64,000 bases of DNA, taken from Curvularia clavata (Eukaryota). How positions within the stretch are numbered: the stretch's first letter is position 1; each line of letters begins with the position of its first letter. The notes beneath the pieces were generated by a model. The model had not been told where the DNA came from. It did no database searches and saw only the letters and a program-made list of their open reading frames with translations. The DNA lies in NCBI GenBank assembly GCA_023920165.1, contig CP089276.1:248001-312000 (forward strand), given 5' to 3'. This document shows positions 49,276-62,435 of this stretch, one piece after another. Both the position numbers and the translations under genes were made by a program.

Positions 49276-50554
49276 ATGGCTGAATACATCAAGGACAAGG
49301 TCGTCTCCAAGGTCCCGCCCCCGGCCTTCAGCGACATCTCCAAGGCCTCCAACGACGTATGTTTGGGCCCCCCCGCGACGAGCTTCGTGATAGCGCCATT
49401 GCTAACTCCAACATCCCCAGCTTATCAACAAGGACTTCTACCACACTGCCGCAGGTTAGATTCACGCATTGAGCCTAGCCACGCAACTACTGACGCTCCC
49501 CCAGCTGCGCTCGAGGTCAAGCTCAAGGCCCCCAACGGTGTCAACTTCACTGCCAAGGGTACCTCCGCTCACGATGGCCCCGTCACCTCATCCGTCAGTA
49601 CCCTACTCCTAACCGACAAGACATACAAGTTGCTGACGGATCAAATAGCTCGAGGGAAAGAAGTCGCTTTCCAATGGTACAGCAACATCTCGTTCATTCT
49701 CCCCCCACTCCATCAGCCTAGTGCTGCCTTTTTATCAATCGCCCGTCTTTAGTTCCTACATATTTCATACAGCGCATCCTCCAGGCATTGGAGGCTTTTC
49801 TGTCACAGGCTACGAACTCAAATGGCTGACAACGAACCACGCAGGCATCAGCATCACCCAGTCATGGAACACCGCCAACCTACTGGCTACCAAGGTTGAG
49901 CTTAACGATACCTTCGCCAGTGGCTTGAAGACCGAGGTCCTCTCCAACTTCAACCCCGCTGCCGGCAACAAGGGCCAGAAGGTCAACCTCCACTTCAAGC
50001 AGCCCGCCTTCCACGGCCGTGCTTTTGTCGACTACTCGGCTTCTGGTGCCATTGCCACCATTGCTGATGCTGTCGTGAGCCACGAGGGCATGGTTGTCGG
50101 TGGTGAGGTTGGCTACGACGTCCAGAAGGCTGCCATTACCAAGTACTCCGCCGCCGTCGGATACACCACCCCTCTCTACAACGCCGCCGTTACCGCTACT
50201 AACTCCCTGAGCGTCTTCACTGCTTCGTACTACCAGCGCGTCAACCCCGCTGTCGAGGCTGGTGCTCGCGCCGTCTGGGACTCCAAGTCTGGCAACAACG
50301 TCGGTCTTGAGCTTGCTGCCAAGTACAAGCTCGACCCTGCCTCTTTCGCTAAGGTACGTCTCAAGCCCTTGATATATGCCGGCTGCTTTGCTAAACTCTT
50401 CTAGGCCAAGATCAACAACCTCGGCATTGCTTCCCTCGCCTACAACACCAAGGTCAACAGCGGTCTGACCTTCGGCATTGGTGGCTCTTTCGATACCCAG
50501 AAGCTCAACGAGGCCGGCCACAAGCTCGGTACCAGCTTCACCTTCGAGGGTTAA
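49276..50554 (+). CDS. POR1: Mitochondrial outer membrane porin (VDAC); exons 49276-49356, 49421-49454, 49506-49593, 49649-49676, 49845-50353, 50405-50554
   Basis: PPAFSDISKASNDLINKDFYH, LEVKLKAPNGVNF, ITQSWNTAN, GGEVGYDVQKAAITKYSAAVGY, SYYQRVN, KAKINN, HKLGTSFTFEG; strongly biased codon usage. Confidence 0.97.
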
Positions 50555-51087
50555 GCGTCTGATAAAGAAGACATCTGTGGATAACGGAGTGCACAAAAAC
50601 GAACCAGGCTATAGATTCCTTTGGTTCTTGCGAGGCGGTATCAGCGCCCATGTAGCGTAGAAGAATATGAGTTGGTCTTTTACGTTTGGCATGTAGGAGT
50701 AATTTCTTCAATGCAAAACTTTCAAAGGCCATGTTTTGAGTGCTTAAGCAGCGTGCGTGTGATGTGGATCTACATGCTTCGATTAGTTTCCAGAAACTTG
50801 TCAGATCAGAAAGCCCCTCGTTTGCAGCTGCAAGGCGCAGCCACCACGTACTACGTACCCGGAAGATAACAAGCCTTTGCGGAGATGCAGGGCCGTATGC
50901 AGGGCATGACATGACATGATCTGAGCTATTCGTATGATCGACCAGGCGCAGGGTCTCAGCCTCCCGCAAGACGTCATCGGTAATCCAGGGGTTTGTTGCT
51001 ACTGATTCAAAAAAAAAGACGAGGAAGAATAGATAAACAGTGGTTTCATTCGTTATTGATCCAAGAGGCAAAGTAAATAGGAACCAC

Positions 51088-52008
51088 TCAAATCGTTTCT
51101 TTCTTCTTTTTCTCCTTGAGCTGCACTTCATGACGATTACCAAAAAAGTGCGCTGTCAACCCAATGAGCGCAATGATGCCCGAGACTAACATAAAGTTGA
51201 CGAGCATGTTGCCCTTTTCCCATTCCTCTTCCACTTTGACTGCTCTGCGTAGCCTCCTCCGTCGCGCCCATATGTGCTCATTTACATTCTCATGCATCTC
51301 TCTATGCCTTTGGTCATTAAAGTGCGGCACCTCATTGCCTTGGTTCTGCTGGCCGGGCCCAAAGCCGCCGTAGTTGCCGTAGCTTTCCTGACCGGCGTCC
51401 GCCCCTGCCTCTGCATGTGGGTTCGAATAGGCGTACTCTGCTCTCTTTGCGCCATGCTTCCCATAGCCCCCTGATTTATAGAAGGACGGCGGTGGGCCCC
51501 GGAATGTGCTGCGTTTCTTATTCAGCCCGCTCGCTGGACGGGACCCGAATGCGGCCGAACTGTAACTTCCCTGGGGAATATCGCTCCCACTCTTACCCCA
51601 GCGTGATTGCCGCTGTGCAGATTCCAGCTGCGCATCATATTGCGCGCGCTTCTCGGGGACAGAGAGGACGTGGTAGGCTTCGCTGATTGCGACGAAGCGC
51701 GTGGAGGCGTCGGGATCGTTGCGGTTGTGGTCTGGGTGGTTCTTCTTGGACAGCGTGTAGAACTGGCGCTTGATTTCAGAGGCAGAGGCGTTGGAGGTCA
51801 AGTGAAGTGTCTCATAGTGGTTGACTAAGGTATCGGCGCTTCGTGGGGGTGAGGCATGGAACTGAGAGACCTGTTGTATGCGCCGCGGAGGAGCAGGCGT
51901 CGTGCGACGGAGACATGAGTGGCAAACGTATGGCACACTGAAGTTTGCCAGACGAGGGGCCGAGGGCGAAGCGAATGGCCGTAGAAGAGTATATGGGCGG
52001 GGTGGCAT
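51088..52008 (-). CDS. DnaJ-domain protein with mitochondrial presequence and C-terminal TM helix
   Basis: NHYETL..EIKRQFYTLSKKNHPDHN..RFVAISEAYHVLS..KRAQYD; R/S-rich N-terminus; TM FMLVSGIIALIGLTAHFF. Confidence 0.9.
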   Translation of the reverse strand: MPPRPYTLLRPFASPSAPRLANFSVPYVCHSCLRRTTPAPPRRIQQVSQFHASPPRSADTLVNHYETLHLTSNASASEIKRQFYTLSKKNHPDHNRNDPDASTRFVAISEAYHVLSVPEKRAQYDAQLESAQRQSRWGKSGSDIPQGSYSSAAFGSRPASGLNKKRSTFRGPPPSFYKSGGYGKHGAKRAEYAYSNPHAEAGADAGQESYGNYGGFGPGQQNQGNEVPHFNDQRHREMHENVNEHIWARRRRLRRAVKVEEEWEKGNMLVNFMLVSGIIALIGLTAHFFGNRHEVQLKEKKKKETI

Positions 52009-52235
52009 TGCCCATGAACAGAAGCAAAAAGGGATTACATTCAAAAGTTGTTGGTCGAGTGAATGTTCACAGTGCATAGAGAACGTCATTGCCGTTACCC
52101 ACACTAGGACGGAAGCGTATTAGCGGGTAATTCCACTCCGAGCCCGCGGGCAACTTAGCGGGGGCGTTACAAGGCCCTCGTAAATTTCAAGGTCATCTGC
52201 AATACCTGGACCACTCACCTCACTGCACAGTTAGT

Positions 52236-53736
<1,501 letters not shown>

Positions 53737-54029
53737 ATGCATGTGCTTCTCATCAAAAACTATTTCGATAAAAAAAAACGAGGCTTTTGGCTTGATGAAA
53801 ATGATGACTTTATCCATGGGGAAGAGTATTACTAGACTTGGCGTGGCTTTGTTTGGTAGTCTTCAGCAAAGAAAGGGTTCTGTACATAGTGAATTATATA
53901 AAAGTATAAAACAGAGATAAAAGCGAGCTTCTGCGAGCATGGGAAGGAGAACCGCTACTTTTAAAAATAGAGTTGTAAGTACTAATAAGGTAGTATACCA
54001 TGAGTGACTACGACAACTACAGCTGTTTT

Positions 54030-55382
54030 TCAAAAGTGGTGGTCGACAAACTCCGGCGATGAGAGAAGCTCCCAAAACTCCTTATGGAGATATCTCGTCA
54101 TCTCCCACTGTTTCCTGTGCGTCGGGTCCTGTACTCCCTCCTCCCATACTAGGAGCCTCTGAAGCCGCGGCCTAACTTCATGCCAAAGATAAAACACCGA
54201 CGCCTTTGGCGTAAGACAATGAAACAATACCGGCTGACCACGCATATACAGCGTCCATTGCTGCTTCCAAGCACGTAATGCATACCCACTCTCCTGCTCA
54301 CTCGGCAACCTCAACTGGCCTAGATGATAAAGGGCGTGGAAATTGTTCCATAATCCTTTCCGCGACCACATGCTGATCCACCACTGCGGCACGGCAACGC
54401 ACGTTTGTGCAGCTGATGGATCTGTCTCACAGGTGCGCTCCCAATAAAACGTCGTGAACCAGCCTGGGCGATCCATAGTCCAGATGCTGCCGCCGAGGAC
54501 AAAGAGTTCCCACGAGTGACCGAGTTCGGCCAGGTTTTCGGTAGCCTGGTGCAGAGGCTCCTTAAAATCTATTCCTGGTGCCCTTTTTTTCATATCTGCT
54601 GTTAGATTCCTCGCTGAAATGATAGGAGAGGGAGAAAAGGAAATAGCGTACCAAGGCGCAACTTTCATGCTCACACGATACTTCCAGACTACATGTGCAA
54701 GCTCATGGCACAGTGTAATGGCCAACCTCAGATTCAGGTTTTCTACTTCTGCCTGGGAACCATATCTCGATAGATACTTGAGGCTGAACAAGAAATGGCT
54801 ATGTAGCACGATGCGCGGCGTGTCGAATAGCAGGGACGAGGGCACGAGTAGATTATCTTCATCTCGGCAAAACTCGAAGTACGCTGCTTTGCTGCCGAAA
54901 GCGCAGCCGTCGATGCGCGGGCCTTTTTTGTCTAGATTATGGAATCGCAGTTCGAGGATGGTAGGCAGGAGATTCATGAGGAGCATAAGCAGTTGTTCGT
55001 ATGCGTCGTGGGTGTCTTCGTAGGGAGTGCGGACCAAAAAGCGTCGGCCATATGCATCGAGCGATACTTGACCGAATAAAGTATGCTTCCACCATTGCAG
55101 AAGCGAAAGCTCGGTCATGAACTTTGTGGCTATTCTGAGACCAGGAACGAGCAGGGCGTAATGTTTTGGGTTGAGGCCTGGCCATCTGGTTCGTGAGAAG
55201 AGTGGATGGATATCATTGTCGAGAGGACCCGTTGAGAGGACGTTTAGTCTATGTAAGTCAGGTCGCCAGTTCGGCGAAGCGGTGGCAGAAGTGACATCAG
55301 GGCTCTGAATCACTCTTAGGTATGCTAGGTCACCTCCTGGATCCGCATTCAAAAATGGCGGCCATGTACGGTTCGAAGACAT
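54030..55382 (-). CDS. Hypothetical protein with HExxH zinc-metallopeptidase-like motif; probable in-frame intron 54583-54651
   Basis: About 450-codon ORF; LAITLCHELAHVVW ... EP ... AELGHSWELFVLGG. Confidence 0.7.
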   Translation of the reverse strand: MSSNRTWPPFLNADPGGDLAYLRVIQSPDVTSATASPNWRPDLHRLNVLSTGPLDNDIHPLFSRTRWPGLNPKHYALLVPGLRIATKFMTELSLLQWWKHTLFGQVSLDAYGRRFLVRTPYEDTHDAYEQLLMLLMNLLPTILELRFHNLDKKGPRIDGCAFGSKAAYFEFCRDEDNLLVPSSLLFDTPRIVLHSHFLFSLKYLSRYGSQAEVENLNLRLAITLCHELAHVVWKYRVSMKVAPWYAISFSPSPIISARNLTADMKKRAPGIDFKEPLHQATENLAELGHSWELFVLGGSIWTMDRPGWFTTFYWERTCETDPSAAQTCVAVPQWWISMWSRKGLWNNFHALYHLGQLRLPSEQESGYALRAWKQQWTLYMRGQPVLFHCLTPKASVFYLWHEVRPRLQRLLVWEEGVQDPTHRKQWEMTRYLHKEFWELLSSPEFVDHHF

Positions 55383-55691
55383 GTGGGAACGAGAGCGAAC
55401 TTTCCAAAGATAAAGATTGAAACTCACACTTTGCGATAGATTTGCGTTGAATGAGACTTAGGCAAGGCTTGAGAATTACCAGGAGGATCACTTCGCAAGT
55501 ACAGTCCAAATGATGAGAGAAAGGATAATGTGTTTTGCAGGTAGTGCTTTAGCATTTTGGTAGTCTGTAGATAGGAACATGATTCGGGTAGATTTTAAAA
55601 ACTCGTCTTTCTATTGATGGTAGTAGCCCAGTGCCATGGCTGACACTTTCTCGTCTCCATCCATTGGTCTGTGGCAGTGACCAACCATAGT

Positions 55692-56423
55692 TCATCGAGC
55701 CTTCTTCTTCATTATACGATACCTACTTGAATCAGCCTAGGCTCTGTCCCATTCTTCTTGCAAAACTTACAGAAATAGCTTCTCTCTCGAGTATACTTCC
55801 TTGTCAGGGTCGTCGTTGACCTCCTGTACGTCGAACATCTTACGTGCCGTCTTCATGAAGGTCAAGTCCGCCCGTCTTCTTCGCTTGAAGCAGAAGTAGC
55901 ATACGGTATTGTCGCCAATGAGATCCCTTAGCGTTTGCTGCAATAGTGGGAATGCCGGTTCAAAGTACACACAGTCGGCTGCGAGGATGATGTCTGGGTG
56001 GGTTGGTAATTGCGATGGCGTTGGTTCACCCCAGTCGTACACTGACGCCTTGACACGAGACTCCAAGCCATTCAGAGCGATGTTGCGCTCCATGAGATCA
56101 AACATGGGTATCTGGTCGGTGATATGTAGCGGTTTATCGACATTGCAACCTATTGCGACAGCCAGACCAACGAGCCCTCCTCCTGCGCCGAGTTCGACGA
56201 TTTCTTTCCCAGCAAGATCGTCGCGATGCTTCCGCAGCATGTACTTGCTCAGCACCATACCGGCTGGCCACAACTGCCCACCACACCCATTCTTCAGATC
56301 TTCATGCAGACTTAGTGGGGGCGACAGCAGACCGTCAAAGTCAACCTTGGAAATTCCAGCCGACTTGATCGGCGCCGGGGGTACCAGGTCCTGGCTCACG
56401 GCGAAGCCGTCGAGTTCAAGCAT
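55692..56423 (-). CDS. EFM6: Protein-lysine N-methyltransferase Efm6 (METTL21-like); 3' intron about 55723-55770
   Basis: GCGGQLWPAG, VELGAGGGLVGL, ITDQ, YDWG, ILAADCVYFEPAFPLL, KRRRRAD; last exon YRIMKKKAR. Confidence 0.9.
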
Positions 56424-57177
56424 ATTTTTTTTTGGAGAACGTAAGGGAGGGGTGCTTAGCACGGAAAAGGTGAAGTTACCCACTGGATCTTTGTGGAGGC
56501 TCAAAACAATTTAGTGCGCTGCCGCGACCCACGGTGGCGGGACCCCGCCGGCGGTCGAGGCCGCTGCGGCCCTATCTGTACCGGCATGTTGGACTGTACA
56601 TGGTTCGCAAAAGCAACTATGTGGCAAATCTCAGAGATCCAGATCCAGCCTTGCGTTGAGCATCGGCGATGCACTTGTTGTGAGATTTATGGCTCATCTT
56701 ATCGACGCGGCCAGGTCCAGCACCAACCGCCAGCTCAGCACGCCTAGACCGATTGTGATGCATCTCAAGATCTCGATGCAAATGCCCTCAGGCGGATGCA
56801 ACCACACACCCAAACTTTTCCCTGCAATCATATCTTCGACTTTTTCCGGCATTATTTACTCAATACAATGGTTTCTGATCTGGTACACACTAACGTAAGG
56901 TGAAAGGGGTACAATCTTTTGAGACTCCAAGTTTGCATTTCAAAGGAGGGCTTTTTTTGAAGCAGAACTTGTCGTGACTATTCCACGTTGCTCTAAAGAC
57001 CTTGAACATTCCAAACCATCTATACATATAGTTATACAGACCTCCAAATACCTTCCTAACACAGGTTCTCCCATATCCATTTACATGCAATTCGAAAATG
57101 CCAACAATACAATAAGCAGCTTCCCAAGCAAACCACACAGACACAACCACCCCCAAATCCCCTCCATCTCCAACCAC

Positions 57178-57606
57178 TCAGCCCTCCAGCGCCTTCAACC
57201 CCTCCACCAACACTCCAAAACTCTTGACCCTCTCCTCCCCCTTCCCCGCCTTCTCCCCACTCTTCTCCTCTCCGATCCCCTCCCTCCACCCCTCCTCCAA
57301 CTGCCTCTCCACCATCTCCCTATCCAACACCTTCCTCGCGTCCTCAAACCCGCCAATATCCCTCACATTCTCATACCCCAACTCTTTCAGCGTTTGCAGC
57401 GCAAGATTGGATCGCCGCCCGCTGCGACAGTACAGCGTGATGTGGTCGTCTTTTGCGACGGTGATGCCGCGGGAGGCGTAGACAGTAGGTAAAGAGGAGA
57501 TGTGCTGGTATTCTATGTTGATGGTGGGGGCGAGGTCGGAAGTTAGATACCCAGTTGAGAATTCAGAGGGGGTGCGGACGTCGATGAGGTGGTGGGTGGG
57601 CGCCAT
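57178..57606 (-). CDS. Single-domain rhodanese/sulfurtransferase (PspE-like), intronless
   Basis: LIDVRTPSEF, INI, LYCRSGRRS active-site loop, LKELGYENVRDIGG. Confidence 0.88.
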   Translation of the reverse strand: MAPTHHLIDVRTPSEFSTGYLTSDLAPTINIEYQHISSLPTVYASRGITVAKDDHITLYCRSGRRSNLALQTLKELGYENVRDIGGFEDARKVLDREMVERQLEEGWREGIGEEKSGEKAGKGEERVKSFGVLVEGLKALEG

Positions 57607-58639
57607 GGTTATTTGGACTTTTTTTTTCCTTATCTCTGTATTTTTTTGGTTCGTCTTTTGGTGGGATTTCTTCTAGAGGAATGATTTTCCTCTTTTGTGA
57701 GAAATGATTTGTTTGTGTTTAAATGTGTTTGTTGTGCCTGCCGGTTCAAGTGGGACAGAAATGTCGTGCTTTATGCTCGTGATCGGCGCGGGGAACAAGA
57801 CGGAGCTTCAAGCGAAACTTCGCCGTACTAGTGACCGCTAGTTTCGCGGACACTATACCGAAGGCTTTGTCTCATTATACCTTTACATACTCCTTTTCTG
57901 AATATACGCGCTAGGGAACTCGATTAATAGACCCCGTTGTTCGAGACCCTCGTGCACTCAGCAATGGAAGTCGTCGCAAGCGTCAGATCGCCGAAGGAAT
58001 GTAGTCGCCGATTATCTAGAGGCGTTGCAACGACACGCGACATCAGGTACACCAAGATTCCCTGAATATGATACTCGTATCATCATATATGAGCACCTGT
58101 CACATTTAGGATAAGACTCTCTTGGAACATTTTTCATTCGGAAAGTGTCATTCAGATCGGCTTCTGATGCCCGTACTACGACTATACGAAAACACTTTTC
58201 TTCTTCCTGCATCTCTTGTTGCAATGCTTTTCCCCTGTTACCACAGCAATAAACCGTTTGCCATAATAGCGGATCCTTTCCTCTTGTCAACGCCAAGAAC
58301 CTGACCTATTGCAGGCTTCCCCAATCCGAATATTTATACAAAAGATAAGAGATGTTGAGCAGATGACTTTGATCTGCCATAGAAAAAAACTGGATACCTC
58401 CCAAAAAGAAGAAAACTCGCTGAAGTGGTATAAAACGGACAAAAGAGACGGAGGCATTGGTATCGTAAATGTCCGAGACATGACGGACTGGAAGTGAAGC
58501 AGCAAAAGCACAGATTAAAGGTGGGTCAACCAAAAGTGCCAACCAGTATACACATGATGCCGAATCGATCTGGAAAGGGGGTCCAGAGGATACGACTGAC
58601 AAAGAGAAATGCGCAATGAAGCGAGAAAAAAAAAGAAGT

Positions 58640-61600
58640 CTATGAACCCTTGAGGTTCGATGTCGAGAAATTGAAGTTGAGAAACTCAAACTTGTCTTTC
58701 GAGGTATTTCGGCTTTCGGTCGATAAGACGCTCGGAGCACTGTTGTCGATGGAAGGCGAGCCTCTGATGGAATGCTGAGTGTCTCGTGGCTCGAGGAGCA
58801 GTGAGCGACGGTAGTAGTTTTGAACATTGGCTTGGTCGCTCGCATGCATCCGTTGTATCTGGCTTTCCATCCATTCCTGCATCTCCGGGACAGCGGCTAG
58901 CCGGTAGGGGACTTGGAAAGACTGCAATTGGCCAATGATCTTGGCAGTCTTCATGTGCTTATCAAAATTGATAACAGAGACACTATCAGATCCAGAGTCG
59001 CCAGGAAGCTGTCGTGTCGTACCGTTACCAACGTCAATGAATGTAAGATCTGTGAGATAGATGCCGACGAAAGGAATGCATGGCGCAATGTGGTCTTGAA
59101 GCCGCTGACGCAATACGGCGTAGTTGCGTCCAACATCAGTAATCGCCTTCAGTTCATCCAGGCGAGCCTTTGTCTTTGCCGAAACAAGGTCCCAAGTACG
59201 CTTGAGGCGCATGACCATGGAAGAGTTGAGAGAACAGATGATGGCCATCAACGAGTCGTAGTTGTGCAACTCTAGGCACTTAGCGGCAATCTTAATCCAT
59301 TGCTTGATAACAAGCGCTCGCTTCTTAGCATCTTCGAGCTGCAGAATGGTGTCAGCAACAAGGTTCGCTAGGTCAGTCGAAAGAGTCGACATGGCCTTGA
59401 CGTTGTGTGCCTTGGAATCTTTCTTCTTGGTCCACTCCAAAGCAAGGAGCTCTTCCGGTTGAATGGCACAGAAGAGCTTCGATTCAATAATGGTGAACTG
59501 TCTGGCAAGCTCCAAGGGATCAAAGTCCATGATGCTGCATTGAGTCTTGCCATCTTTGCAAGCCCGGAGAGCGTTGAGCTGACTTTTGCTGACGAGTGGC
59601 GATGGAACATTACTGTCGGCAGCTGTGTATGCGACGTTCGATGCACAAGTTCTGCCAATCGATGACACCAACCGAGGCACAAGGGCGCCAGCCCTCACTT
59701 CAGTCACCTTGGACGTCAACTCGGCCAATCGCTTGCCGGCAGCAGGCATAGCAGCTCGGAGCTTTCCAGTCGCAAACGCCAAGATCACACCGAGGGCGGC
59801 GCAATCTGTGTCGCCGGACCAGTGGGTTTCGAGCCAGCCCTTGAAAACGTTGTAGACCCGGAGACGGACTGGCACACCTACAGTCTGGCTACTGCCAATG
59901 TAGTCGAAACGGTCAATCAGGCATTGTGCAAGGTCGGTGGGTGTAGTGAAAAGACGGAAGGTGAGGTAGAAGGCATTGACGAAGAGAATATCCGGCGTAG
60001 ACTCGTGGGTCGTCAGCTGCTCCACAAGGGCCGGAAGTGAACCACCTAGAATCTGACCATCCTTGTTGTAAATCAGCTCGTGAACGTAGGTTGTCTCTAG
60101 TAAATGCTCCTCGCCAGCAACAATATCCTCATTAGCCAGCTGCTGGAGGTCAGACGAACTGCCAACACTGCTGACCAGAGTTTGACAGCTCTGCTTCTTC
60201 GTGGGCGAATGATCTGGAGTGGTGGCGCGAGTCGAGATGAGAGACTCGGCGCTTGTAGAGCCACCCCGGGCACTGGAGTGATAAGTGCTAACATTGTCGT
60301 TGACAGACGTAGTGGCGCTGTCAGTAGTCAGGGAGCTCGTGAAACTTCCGTGAGTCGTGCTTGCGAGACTCTCGGCAGATTCGGACGCAGTGGACGGGTT
60401 GAGGATTGGTGTAGGGACCGCGCTTAGGGGAGGCAGAGATGTACGGGACGACCTGAATGATGGAGCAGTCGAGCTCTCAACAACGACGGTCTGAGGAGTT
60501 GACTGCAGGCTAAGCCTCTGTTCTTCGGTGGGTGAAGTTGCTGGCACATCAGGCAGAGGCTTTGACTCGGGGTCGATTACAGGTACAGGTACAGGTGTTT
60601 CGAGGTCCTCGGTCGGCGGCGCGGGCAATGGCTTGTCAGTCTCCATGACGGTGTCAGTAGGCTTAGGCGAGCTGGAACTCTCACTCGTTGGTTCCTGCTC
60701 GATTGGCTCAGGTTCCTGGAATAGCGAGCTCGACAGCCCCAGACCAGTAGCCTCGGTTTCGAACTCGAAATCTCCTATTCTCTCGATGACAATTCGGGCT
60801 TTGGCGACACAGTCACCAGCGGCGCGAACACAACTTGTGGCAGCTTTGACAATCTGCTTGCCAGCATCTGGCGCTATCATTTCCTCACCTTCGGCCTCTG
60901 CCTGGATAAACATATCCTTGGTCGCTTGCACAAGATCGGTCAGACGGGCGTACATGGTGTCCCGTGCTTCCTCGAGTGGGTTAGACCTTCTTGAGTCACG
61001 TTCCCATACCTCCTCAACAACTGTGAGCAGCTGGCGACACGCGACCACTGAGTGTTTGGTGGTCTGAGCCAGCTCATCGGAAGAGCGTGATTGCAAGTGC
61101 AAGCCGATAAAGGATCCGATGAAGCCGAGAAAAGCGTCGTGAGCTGAGTTAAGCTTTTCCGAAGCAAGGTTCCCTCTACGCGCACTGGATGATTTACCGG
61201 TGTATGACAAGCGATGTGTCATGGACGTGCGCTTTGACGAGAAGGCGGAATGGGAGTGGATTATTGAGGAATGGACCGAGTCGGCCTCTGATGGGAGGGA
61301 AAAGGCGACAGACAGGCGGCTGAAGTTCCGTGATGATTGGGCAGTTCCGGTGCACCAGTCATCGTGTATCGACGCACTGCCTTGTGTGACAGGCGAATCA
61401 CAAGTGCTCGCGGAGGGGCCGTCGTCGGTCGATGTGGCTGATGTTGCCAATGGTTCCACGGCAGCATCGACAGCGTCAGAAGGCGGGGTGAGTGGCCGAT
61501 TACCTACATCGCCAAGCTCAAATAGCGACAAGGACACAGCGTCAGTGGCCCAAATGTCGAGAAAACGAACGGCTCTAGTGACAAGCTTGAATGACTTGAA

Positions 61601-62435
61601 CACCAGCTCGTCCATGTGCTCGAAGACTGGGATCGGCTCCTCTTTTGACAGCAAAGCTTCTTGGAAGGATTTGGCCGTCTTGACAAGCGTCGAAAGATCG
61701 CCGAGAAGAGCTTTCCGCATACGACGCAAACCCACATGGGCAACAACGAGCCGTGAGTCCTTTTGCAGACATTCGGTCCTTTCCTGTCGAGAGTGAGTAA
61801 GGGGTTGTGGAAAAAGAATCAGTTTGACTTACAAGGAAGAGCCGTACGCCAACAATCATGCCTTTGACGTAGTCCTGCCTGGAGAAGGCAACGAGATCGC
61901 CATTTTCGCCATCGCGGACAAGATCCCAAAGATGTGTGAGGGCAGTCAGCAGATTACGGATGATGGGATGGTCGTAAGGTTCGCAGTAGTTGGTAGGAAG
62001 CCATCCACGGGCGCCCGAGGCCAACAAAGTGCCATCTGCCCATCCATTTGGGTGGACAGAGTGGACAAGAATAACGTCGCCTTGTTTGATGGCTACGGTA
62101 ATGGAAGACTCATCTGCTGATGATGAGACAATCGAAGTGGGATTATAGTGATAAAAGGCGCGAAGGTAGTTGTGAAATACAGGTTGGGGTTCTGGTTGCT
62201 GCTGTAGTTGTTGCTGTTGAGCCATGGCCTCGGTCGAAGTCCTGGGCGTCAGTGGGGGCGATATGTGCGTCTGGGAGCGACTCGAAAGGGTGCCCATCGA
62301 GGACGATTGTCGAGTATGGCCACGGACAGCTGTGCGTGAGCGTGACCTTTTGGGCGACTTGTGGATGTTCAATGGTGCCACCAATGCACTGGATCGCCTA
62401 TCCATTTCTTCTTGCTCGTGAATGGGGGCCGCCAT
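58640..62435 (-). CDS. Ras guanine nucleotide exchange factor (SH3 + REM + CDC25 domain); intron about 61786-61831
   Basis: SH3 YLRAFYHY..GDVILVHSVHPNGWADGTLL..RGWLPTNYC; REM GGSLPALVEQLT..FYLTFRLF; RasGEF DPLELARQFT, NYDSLMAIICSLNS, PCIPFVGIYLTDLTFIDVGN, INFDK. Confidence 0.93.

Noticed and set aside
57935..57960. GTTCGAGACCC as a tRNA T-loop
   Set aside because: No T-stem or cloverleaf pairing around it
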